Positions 51,751 through 64,000 of a stretch of 64,000 nucleotides of DNA are shown in pieces. Numbering within the stretch: the stretch's first letter is position 1; each line of letters starts with the position of its first letter. The position numbers and the translations under genes are program-made. The notes below the pieces were generated by a model that had not been told where the DNA came from, did not search any database, and was given only the letters and a program-made list of their open reading frames with translations. Origin of the DNA: Octopus sinensis (Eukaryota); the NCBI RefSeq assembly GCF_006345805.1, contig NC_043015.1, positions 23,498,001 to 23,562,000 on the forward strand, read 5' to 3'.

Positions 51751-52172
51751 TTCTTTATTAGCCACACAGGGCTGCACACAGACAGGACAAATTACAAGGT
51801 AGAGCTTTTCTTTTGGGGATAAAAAGGGGGTTTGGTTTTCGATCAAAAGGGATCGTTATCACAGAAATGTCAATATAAAGTGTAAAGGGGAGGACAGGTG
51901 AGGTTTACTCGTGGAAAGAGAAGCCTACGGAAAAGACCACGGTAACCTCGGTCAATGAAGTCACATGTTATATATTTTTTTTACAAATAAGCAACTCCGT
52001 ATTAATTTTTACGGTTCATAGGATCATAGTCAAGGTGGCTTCGTCATTCATACGTGCCATCCTTGCTACATTCACCCATCTTTTTGTAAAACATTCACTA
52101 GACAAAACTTTCCTCTCTACTCTCACTTTCCTCTTCAAGTGATACTTGAAGAAGTTGATGAGAGATTGACGA
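51751..52172 (-). mobile_element. 5'-truncated L1/Tx1-type LINE 3' end
   Basis: SLINFFKYHLKRKVRVERKVLS...RWVNVARMAR* then a 3' UTR ending ccctgtgtggcTAATAAAGaa into (AC)/(TA)n. Confidence 0.6.
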
Positions 52173-52840
52173 GAGAGGATATATATATATATATATGTAT
52201 ATGATAGAATGAAATTACACAAACATAAGGGAATGTATGTACATATATAGCTACTTATATATACATGTGTGTGGGAGTATATATGTATGTATTTGTATTT
52301 GTGTTTCAGAGTGTGTACTGCGAAGGTTATGCAGAAGGAACATTTAAATCTGGTGTGAAGTGAATAGAGTATAAAACGTAATATTGTTTTTGACAGAATG
52401 GTAGAATTTGTCGCAACTTTTCCGAAAACCAATATATAAGTTCACACAATGGCATACCATTTGAGAAACGGACTGTATGCATCACTGTCGATTGCATCTA
52501 GTGTAAGTATTTATTTCATCGATCTCAGATAGATGAAAGGCAAGGATTAAAACACAGAAAATAAAACAACGCAATTAAACGCTGCAAGACAAAAGAATCT
52601 ATTTTCCCCTCTCCTCTTTACTGTTATTCAGCGACTCTTCTTATTAGTGTTCATAATTACTTGTTAATTACTCTTCAAAGCTCTTTGTATATCGAAGCGT
52701 TCTTCTATATAGAAATGTCTCTTGTCCATAATTTAGTATATGAGGAAGAAATGAGGTAGAATGACTAAACGTCACCAAATTCTATATAAAATATTTACCG
52801 TGAATATATATAGATGTCTATATATATATATATATATACA

Positions 52841-52871
<31 letters not shown>

Positions 52872-54711
52872 GTCATTTTCTTTCAGTCATTGGAGTGCGG
52901 CTTTGCTGGGCATCGTTTTTCAGGGTTTTAGTGAAACAAATCGACCTCAGTGGAATTTGAACTCAGAAACTGAAGGTAGACAAAATGTTGCAAATGATTT
53001 TATCTGGCATGCTAACGATTCTTTCTCCTTACCCGCCTCTGAAGCAAAATATGTCAACTCACTTCCATATAAGGTTTATGGAGCTATTAGTCTAACGAAT
53101 ATGGGTATACATTTCTAGCCCTAACCATTTTGTCAGTATTCTATGTTCTAGGAATCTGAATATACATTATTCAATGTAAGAACTAAGGAAGATTTGGCTA
53201 CTAATTCTAGTAGGTCGATCGCTCAAGTTACGTTTGTGCTAATTGTACAGATTGTTTTGCTTTCAGTCGCTTATACACATATCTCACACGATACATACAC
53301 ATGAAAATAAAACGGACACAGGGGGCACACGCAGGGACAAACACACACAGAGGCACACGCACACAAGTACACACACAATTTACACAAATACACACTCCCA
53401 CACATGATTTATTTATCAATTGTTACGTTTCAATAAATCAAAGCTTCTACATAAGGAATCACTCGTTAGACATCCCAACTTTAGACCCCGCTGTAGCAAT
53501 ATGGGTAATCTATTGCTTATTATCTTAATAGAAAATTGTTGCCAACCTATGTTATCTAATTCTCATTTATCTCTATCAGTAGAAATATGAGGTACAATAT
53601 TCACATTCACCACTAAATAGGGTTTTCAGTTGTTCACTTGCAATGCTTTTGCAAGTGTAAAAGTAGTGTGATAGACTCCCGCAGAACCAAACATAAATAA
53701 ATAAATAAATAAATAAAAGTGATATATCATTTTTTTGTGTCTGCTTATTTTCTAATATCTTTTGTTTCTATTTTTTTATCTTAAAGTGTTTCATTATATT
53801 AGAATAGGAAACTGATGATACACTGAAAAGACACATATTTTAGATATTGATGTTTTAATATAAATTATATATTGAATGCTGAATAGCGTGGGTATGTGGT
53901 CCAGTGTCGCTTACTTTCACCTGCGGTATCTCTGCATTAGTTCTGAAATATACGGTTTTAATTCATTTGCCACCATTTAGCAGCTATAACACCTAGGCCA
54001 AACCAAGTAATCGTAAACTTCATAGTTATCTGTAGCAGTGTCCACTTGAATTAAACTGAGGTAAATTAACTCATAAACGGTGGGCGTTAGTGTAAAAATA
54101 GGCAAAAGCCAACTTACTACGAACACGTATTCTTCAAAATGACGTGAGAGTATTTTTGACTTCTTGGAAAACACTACTTAAAGGATCTGCCATAAAAACA
54201 CGTTTTTGCGAAACGAAAACACTCTAATACTCAACTTGAATGATTTATGGTAAGGTACAAATAAACAAATCGGAAATATTTCACATAGAATTAGTCACCG
54301 GTGAATCTAAATTTGTGCGAATCCATCACACAATATTGATTTAAAACTTTGGCACAACAGATGTTTACTTTATCGACTCCGAAACGATGCAAGCAAAATC
54401 GGCCCCAAGAGCATTTGAACTCAAAAAGTACAATCGAAAGAAATGCCGCTGAGTATTCTGTACGGCATAGTAACGATTCCGATAACTCACCACCTCATTC
54501 CAACATATGACAAATTCAGCCGAAATCGACTTTGCCTTTCATCCTTTTCAGATCGATAAGAAAAGTATCAGCTGAGCTCTGAAGTGAATTTAATCGACTT
54601 ACTCCCACCTCCGAAATTGTTGGCATTGTGCTAAAATTTACAACTAATATTAACGGATTACTTGGCTTCATTTAGACCTGTTCAAAGTTAAATGAAAGAA
54701 AAAACATTTAA

Positions 54712-54776
54712 CCACAAAAAACATACACATACATTTCAGTTTGAATACATTTATTTTTGCATGATTGCGTGAGTAT

Positions 54777-54828
<52 letters not shown>

Positions 54829-56124
54829 CATACACATACATACTACACTACCCGTGACCCGGTAAGTCACTGGGAAACTCTGAGTTTCCTGGCAACGGAG
54901 GTTTGTTTCGTGGGTTAATCTTTTGTCATTTCCAAGAAGACAAATCCACTTTCTAGTATCCTGATCCGTCTATAATTAGATGAAACCCAAAGAATTCCCA
55001 TTCATATTGCAAGTTGGCTTGTGCAGAATAGGCTCTGTAGGGTTGGTCCTATGAATCGAAAACCTAAATAACATAACAAGGCTTCTCGAAGAAAATCAAC
55101 GGTCAAACACTTGGAGAAGACAGAGATGGCACTAGATTACATAGCTCATACATGTATAAAACATGGATTGTTAGTAACTATGCACCTAGAAATCAACATT
55201 ATAATTCCACTTTGATTATGCATTAGTGTGAAAAGGAAACATTAATATTCAATACCTGAAATATTCAGCATTCCTCCAAATGCCAAAATATTTTCTCAAA
55301 GGAACTGCAGTTCATAAAGTCAATAGAATATTGTGTTGCATCAAAGGTTTTGCAATGTTTTGGTAACTTATTTACTTGATTCATCTCGTAGCAACCAAAC
55401 AAGCATAGCATACAAAGTAGAGGCCATCGCGTTGCACAGTCTCAAGCTACCTTCCTACCAGTTCTTTTAACCCATGCCAATAACAGTTCTTGTCTTTTGA
55501 GGAAAAAAATAACTGTTTCACTAAGTCTTCCACCTCTTCCTGCTTGGTGGAAGATGGTGAATTCAAGGAGTGAGCCTGGATCGGAACATGCAATCATTGA
55601 TTCCCTCAAGCTCCTATAGTTTATTTTGGATCATTCGAGCGTCTTGAATTATATTGATACAGAAAATCTCACTTCCGGTTAATCAATGTCAGTCAATTTC
55701 TCCACACAGTGGCTTACATCCACTCCAACTGTTTCTAATACAGGCTGGCATCGGTAGTTAGACCCCCTGGAACGAGGTGGTAATGAGTTAGTTGTTCTTT
55801 CATAATTTCAACAAACGGAGAGTATCACCTTCTGTTCGAAATGTATGTCGACAGATTCCGAAACCTAGTACTTGCAGAACGACTTCTTTTGCACGGAAAC
55901 GTATATTTTCTGCGCCCGCGAAGCATCCTCAACCAAGAAGAGGTGAACAAGTTCTTCTCCACAAACTTGTTAAATGTTGAGTGTGCACCGGCAGTTTTGA
56001 CAGTTTAAATACAAAAATAAAAAAGTGTTTGTCTTTATACTCGCATACCCACAAAAAACATACACATACATGTCAGTTTGAATGCAATTATTTTTGCATG
56101 AATGCGTGAGTATATCTATATATA

Positions 56125-56186
<62 letters not shown>

Positions 56187-56286
56187 CACATACATACTAC
56201 ACTACCCGTGACGCGGTAAGTCACCGGGAAACTCTGAGTTTCCCAGCAACGGAGTTTTGTTTCGTGGGTTAATCTTTTGTCATTTC
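54712..56286 (+). repeat. Two ~220-240-bp direct repeats (54712-54932 and 56049-56286, period 1337) with tandem hairpins, flanking decayed coding-like DNA
   Basis: Shared ccacaaaaaacatacac...(TA)n...tactacactacccgtgac...gggaaactctgagtttcc...gtcatttc. Confidence 0.85.
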
Positions 56287-57654
56287 AAGGTTATTCTGCA
56301 TGCTTTCAACGAATGTATAATTGAAATCACGCGTAAACGGTTCCTTTCACCAATGAGGAACGATTTGGTTGCTATTTCTTGCACGTCTTGTTACCCCGTA
56401 ATAGGTATTTCGGGTTCTTTATCGCAAATAGCTGTTACGTTTTAGCAGTGAGTGCTAGAAATAGATGCCAAATCTTTGGAGGTAAGATACTTAGAATGCA
56501 CTCGAAAAAAGAATTGTAAAAGAAACTGTCACACGGATGTTACGAACGGGTCACTTACAAAATATTTACAGTATTTTTAAAGTTATTTTCACTTTTAAAT
56601 ATTTTGTAAATATGCCAAAATTTATTTTTGTAATGGTATTCACTTGAAAATAATTTTGAAAAAAAAAATAATATTATATCTTTAAAGAAAGCTAAAATAT
56701 AAATACTAACTCTATAAAAAACTTGCATTTTTGAAATCACATTATCTTAAAAATATTTCTAAATGATTCAAATAATATAGAGCTGTACTTGTATAACAAA
56801 AACAATTACAGCGTGGAAGATGCTTGTAAGCTATTTAAAAACACACAAAAACCGTTAGTTTCACTCCAAAGTTTGAATTTTGTGTCAAAATATTTTTGTC
56901 GCTTTCAACCGCGACATGTTCACTGACAAAATTCACTGACAAAAGGAAAAATAGAAATATACTTTCTCTGTAGTTTTTCTTTGTCGCAGTATATGAGTGA
57001 GAAAGGAAGAGGTGAAAGTCGTCGTATTTTTTTACTTAAAGCGTGAGAAAGAGAGAGAGAGAGAGAGAAAGAGAGAGAAAGATCACGATGACTACGTGGT
57101 GTGTATATGTCAAAGATAGCGTACGGATGCTTGTGTTGATTCACACGACATGATATTCATAATATGTGTATGTATTCTGTATCTGTGTATGCGTGTTGAC
57201 GCCACGGAAGCCATGTTTTCATTTTCATCAAGAAATAAACAAAAATCTTTAATCGTTTTCTTTAATAAATAGAGGTCCAAACATCACAAAGGCTTGTACT
57301 GTATTCCACAAAGTAAGTATGAAAATAAATATGGAAAAAATTGAGATAGAAAATAATGATTTTGAAAGATTTTGGGAACAAACAACATGAACAACAGTTT
57401 TTTTTTATTAAGATTAAAAAAGTACGGAATGTCCTACAGATTATAAAATACATGATTAATGGAAATTAATAGGAATCATCTATTGTTGGTTATTCGTCGC
57501 TCAAGAGGCCTCGATATCGATTTTTAAAAATCTAAGTAGGTTATGTTCGTGTCTGGGATATGAAGCAGCTGTCTATAAAATTTTAAAGAAATCGCATGAA
57601 AGATGTAGAATTTATGGAGGTGCATTAAAATTTCGTTCAATTTTAGTGATAGTA

Positions 57655-58349
<695 letters not shown>

Positions 58350-58350
<1 letters not shown>

Positions 58351-59593
58351 ATAATAATGATATCTCACCATTCCTTCCATCCTGCCCTCGAATTGTCCTG
58401 CACTGTCCCTAAATCTTCCGTCGAATTTCTCGACGTTTTTTTGACCATCCAACATTCCGCTTTCACTACTCCATTCACTACAAACCCCATTCCGTCCTCC
58501 ATTCACTACTCCATTCACTACAACAGTCTCACGCTCCTCCTACCTTAACTTCTCCTCCCACACTTCCCAAAATAGCTCTCCATCCCCTATTCTCGATTCC
58601 TCCGTCCAGGCTCTGCAATGATGACCATTTTGAGACTCACTTTCACTTTATTGCTCGCCATTTCACCATTATTCACACGGAACTTGCGCGCGCAGAGTCT
58701 GTGGACTGTGCCTCTGCTTTTTCTCCTCGTACCCGTTCCACCCTTACATCTCTCCCGTTTCCCCCTCCTACCACCCATCCTCACTTCCCCTCCAGCGTAC
58801 CAGTCCGAATCCCCTCCATCTCGCACATCTTCCCTTAGCTACAATTTCCACCTTCAAACGAGCCAATACCCTGCGCGACATCCTGGTTCACAGTTTCTTG
58901 CCTATCCCTGCTTCGCAGTCTGTTTCCTTCCTCTGTAGCACCTGCCCTACCTCTCCAACAGTACCATCCATACAGACACCCATCACCATACCTATCTCGT
59001 CACTGATTCCTTTACTTGCACCTCTAGTAATGTCATTTACTTAATTTCTCTCTGTGCCCTTCCTTGTACATTGGTGAAACAGAACATCGCCTGGCTTTTT
59101 GGTTTGCGGAGTACCTTCAGGACATCAGATTCATGAATCACACCCCGATCTCGCGCCATTTCCGCTATACTGTTCATTCGCTCCATGTCTCTGTTCCGAC
59201 TGCCATTGCACAGACGCCAACCAAGTTCCCGTCTTCGCCGTGAACAGCATTTATCTTCTTTCTTCGTTCCTTTGCGGCAGATGGACTCAGCTCAATTCCT
59301 CTCTTCATTTGACAACAAACTCAAACGGAATCACACTCATCTCTCACACTTTCCATACCACCCTACCCCATATCCTCACCCCCAGGAACCACTATACATA
59401 CTCACCCATGCACATATCTTCCTACTCCACACACACTTCTCAGCAGCTACACAACACACCATCATCCACACATACACACTTGCATACTCACACACAATTC
59501 TCACATATATACACTCGCTTGCACACTTCCTCTTGCAGGGATACCGTGAATTATCTCCCTTGCATTCAACCTCTATTAGATATATGTGTGTGC

Positions 59594-59636
<43 letters not shown>

Positions 59637-59960
59637 GTATATTATATATATATATATATTTATATTATATATATAATATATATAATATATATATAATATA
59701 TACAAACATACTTACACACACATACGCACAAAACGCACACACACATACATTTGTATATATATGTAAGTGTCGTACGTGTATAATTCTAGCGTTCTCGCTT
59801 TTGCTTTCGTCCCTCTTTTACATCTTGTACACATTCGTTTCCTTTCCCAATAGGCTTAATGCTTTTAGCTTAAGTTCCTGAGCTCGCCGGGGCTAAACTA
59901 CAAGGACATTCCAGACTGCGACTGGCAGTGAATGATCCATGTATCTTGTTTTGTCCTGTT
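58350..59960 (+). mobile_element. Old Penelope-like element (RT thumb + GIY-YIG + 3' UTR), heavily decayed
   Basis: SFHPALELS...SSVEFLDVFL; DSFTCTSSNVIYLIS...LYIGET...PISRHF...RLRREQH; coding remnant ends ~59312. Confidence 0.75.
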
Positions 59961-60468
59961 TGCAGTTTGTAGTGCTATCGTCCAGTTTTCTGCATGATGT
60001 GTTTTGTTGATGACGGTTTGTTGTGTTATTTATGTTCTATCTTTGAAATGTATATCAAAATGAGTAACGAATATGTATAGATTTAATGAATTGACACCTA
60101 TACATCTTCATTACCCATTTGTGTTTTAGTCACCTAACTTGGAATCTAGAATTCGGAAATGCTATAGAAATTATCTTTATATAATGTACCTAACAAAGTG
60201 AAGACATTGTGCTTCCAGTCCGACAGCTGTATCTAGGGACTCAGAAATGACAATGATACAGAACCATTGAAGGAGGCGTACAAGCATTACTCTAAAGCAT
60301 GCTACCGTCTTGAAGAGATTGGCAGACTAAAGTCATTTGAGCAATCATGCGTATTTTGTATATTATGCATACCTGGATGTCATATGTTGACAGTCTCCCT
60401 CCCTTTCTAAGGCCTCTTTCATCTTCGTTCTTTCCCTTACCCTCTCCCTTTCCCTATCTATCTTTCCG

Positions 60469-60502
<34 letters not shown>

Positions 60503-61183
60503 CACACACACACATACATACATATACATATATTTACGTATACATGTATGCATACTTGCAATCACAGATACATATATACGTGCACACACATGCATATATA
60601 TATATATAATATTTATCTCTCATCGAATGAAGTACTTGTTATGTTAATCTTATCTTTACGGAACATTACTTGTATATGTGTATGTATGTATATCAGCACC
60701 AAATTAGTGCTTGTAAATTTTTTAATTAATAGTGACAGCTTCATGTGTCGTTGTTGATATTTTGAAAGGATCTCTGACACTGACTGATACCATTCGGTAC
60801 AAAGACACAAAAATTATCTGCCTTAGTAGGTTAAATATTTACATGCTTTGACACACGTCACTCATATGAAAGGATGCATTGAGTGTAGTTTATATCCGAT
60901 TTTATATACAAACATATAGATATAGCACACATATACATCTATCACATGGTCTCTCTCTCTCTCCTGCACTCACTCAGCCGCACACACATACACATGCAAA
61001 TACACAAACATGTTTACATCAATGTGCGTATATACGTATATAAACCTGTGTACCTAACGTCTTTTATAGTGACGTTTACTTTTTTGTAGAGACAAATAGA
61101 TAAAGCACACATATATTATAGCATAGACTCTCTCTTTCAAACACACACGCTCACACATTCACTGACACACATACATACGCACA

Positions 61184-61296
<113 letters not shown>

Positions 61297-61350
61297 TGTA
61301 TATATATATTTATGGAAGTATTAATACAGATACTAATACAGTTGTGTTAG

Positions 61351-61660
61351 TGAATGCGCATGGCTCAGTGCTTAGAGCGTCAGGTGCACGATCGTGAGGT
61401 TGTGACTTCGATTGCCGGACCGGGCTGCATGTTGTGTTCTTGAGCAAGACACTTTATTTCACGCTGCTCCAGTTCACTCATTTGTAGAAATGAGTTGCGA
61501 AGCTGTATAGGCCTTTGCCTTTCCTTGGATAACATAAGTGATGTGAAGACGTGAGGCTGGTATGCATGGGCGACTGCTGGCCATCCACAAACAATCTTGC
61601 CCGGACTTGTGCCTGGGGGGGGGTAACTTTCTAGGTGCAATCCCATAGTCATTCATGAAT
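61351..61660 (+). mobile_element. tRNA-derived SINE sharing the family C head/core with a different 3' tail
   Basis: tggctcagtgcttag, gacttcgattgc, gtgttcttgagcaagacactttatttcac. Confidence 0.75.
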
Positions 61661-61706
61661 GAAGGGTGGAGAGGCTCCTAATACACTTGTGTATATATAT
61701 ACATAC

Positions 61707-61708
<2 letters not shown>

Positions 61709-61776
<68 letters not shown>

Positions 61777-61790
61777 TGATAGATTGATAT

Positions 61791-61832
<42 letters not shown>
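61709..61832. repeat. (GATA)n + (GA)n microsatellite
   Basis: Directly visible. Confidence 0.95.
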
Positions 61833-61836
<4 letters not shown>

Positions 61837-62942
61837 ACAACAGACACACACTCACACATGTTTTTATGGGTGTGAATTGAAATTTGTGAAAAATTGCGAA
61901 TGCTAACTACAGAATTAGAGATTATAGTAGTGTGCAACTTCTCCTGTAGCAAGAACCAAAATACGCCAGTTGGCATCCAATTGCCTAATTTTCGGTTTAT
62001 CAACCCACCCGTTTATACAACATGTTAACGAGTTTTTCATTTTCGCTGAATCGTCGGGTTTAATATATATCTTAGTGTATTTATATATGTTCATCTCAGA
62101 ACTGCCTCTATCTCGCTGTTTTGGTGTAAAATCAGTACATTTAGCTATGCTATATAAACGGATTTTCCATTAAACCTCACTCACCTGAATATCAGAGACA
62201 CGAGGCTCTTCTACAACATGTTCAGAACTTGCTTTGAACTGTAATGCAATGCATTTTTCATTCTTTTGCCGAATTGCTGACAAATATGTGCTACAATGTA
62301 TGAAGAGGTTATAGAAAATTATTCATAAATTATTCAATCATATCAGAAACAATATGTGCGGCATGAAGATTAGTGTATATATTAAACTTAAACTCTTGAT
62401 TTAAATAGTGCTTCGTTATGATCTGTTTCTGGACTAAAATAGGGACGTTAGTTTTCTTATGATTATTCATTAATGCCTGCGAAACATATCAGTTGCTTAA
62501 TTTTTTCTGAAGCAACTAAACGTAGTATTTACAGCTGTGAAAACTCCACATTAAAGCCTTTCAAATATTCTATAGTTGAACTGCTATAATTTTTTCTCAG
62601 GTTTCTAACGCACGCTGTGTTCTGCATAAATGTTTATTAACTCCGTCAATTCTACTCACGGAGCCAATACTTCAGCTGCATTCACATATAAACATTGCGT
62701 TCGCCCGTACGTGTGAATGTTTCCATACATACACACACATATATATATAAGCATATATCTACACGTATATATAGACATACATAAGTACATTCATACATAA
62801 ATTCATACACATAGGTAAGGTACATGCACACACACACACAAATATATATATCAATCAATTGTGTCTCTATGTATTTATATATATATGTATACGTATAGAT
62901 AGATAGACACACCGAGAGATAGACAAATATACATACATATGC

Positions 62943-62981
<39 letters not shown>

Positions 62982-63002
62982 GACACACCGAGAGATAGAC
63001 AA

Positions 63003-63073
<71 letters not shown>

Positions 63074-63143
63074 TATGCATGAATATACATGCATGTATAT
63101 ATGTATAGAGAGTGACATGAAGGAGAGACAGACAGACAAAGAT

Positions 63144-63179
<36 letters not shown>

Positions 63180-64000
63180 GTACGTGTATGTGTATATTCG
63201 TGTTTGTATGCATATGTACAGATACTTAGTTCTACGTATCTATATGTGTGAAAATGAATTCTTTTCAGGTATTTTATTGATCTATTTATGTATGCTGTTA
63301 TTAACCGCTCTTTTAAGCTTTAATGGTATCCTTAAAAGTTTTCACAATGGAAACAAAAAATACAAACCGGTAATAAATAAACCCCACAAAAATACAATAC
63401 CACCTACCGAACTGACAGAAATAGAAGCCTCTAAGTCAGGACGATTAGTGTAATTTTCGATGTACTTGTTTATTTTTTTATTTTTTTCTCCAGCATAAAG
63501 TCACATTTTGAAAATACTTTTTTTTTTATCCTCTCTCTTATTTACTATGGTCTTTCGTTCCTTCCTAATGGTGTTTTATTTTATTTCCATTATTTACTGG
63601 TCGTGCCTCCTCCTTTTAGTGTTTCTAAATTAAAATATAGTACACAGCAACATCTACTTAACAAAGAAAATTGATTTAAATGTTTTATTTTCTTGTTCAT
63701 ATATTTTTTGAAAGTTTCGTGTGTTTTGTATGTGCATCTGATTCCCTCTTTTTCTCTCATTCTTTTTTACTCTCTCTATTTCTGTTTCTCTTACCATTTT
63801 TTTCTTCTATATCTGAATCTTTTGATTGTCTTTATCAGTACACACACGTACTCACACACGCACACACATATGCATATATGTATATACCTAAAAGTGAGAG
63901 TATTTATGCGTATTTAGGGACACATATGCATACATACTTATATATACATATATACATGTGTGTTTCTGTGTTTGTGTTTATAAGTGTTACTATTGTTGTA

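Noticed and set aside
59099-59881. 260-aa ORF, the longest in the track
   Set aside because: Off-frame reading of a decayed Penelope 3' region plus microsatellites.

Overview
Eukaryotic, AT-rich and saturated with microsatellites and transposons. The tRNA-derived SINE families and (TA)/(TACA)/(GT)/(TAA) tracts look like an octopus (coleoid cephalopod) genome; the species is inferred, not proven. No host gene can be confidently called, and most ORFs in the supplied track are microsatellite or antisense-TE artefacts. Recognisable content: decayed non-LTR retrotransposons (R4/Dong-type, HERO-type, CR1, L1/Tx1), two Penelope-like elements (RT thumb plus GIY-YIG), a full-length decayed Tc1 (DD34E, IR/DR ends), a full-length decayed mariner and many SINEs. 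The most striking unexplained structure is a set of near-perfect head-to-head palindromes (27.0, 27.4, 35.5, 44.4-46.9 and 49.4 kb). Three carry hammerhead-ribozyme cores pointing outward on opposite strands, including a coding-free 275-bp palindrome with two canonical hammerheads and two elements with the U3:A8 core covariant. Also notable: a CCAAT+CRE array with a TATA box at the 3' end of a Penelope element, and an ORF1-only L1/Tx1-like element inserted with a TSD into a SINE tRNA head. All alignments, folds and counts were done by eye.
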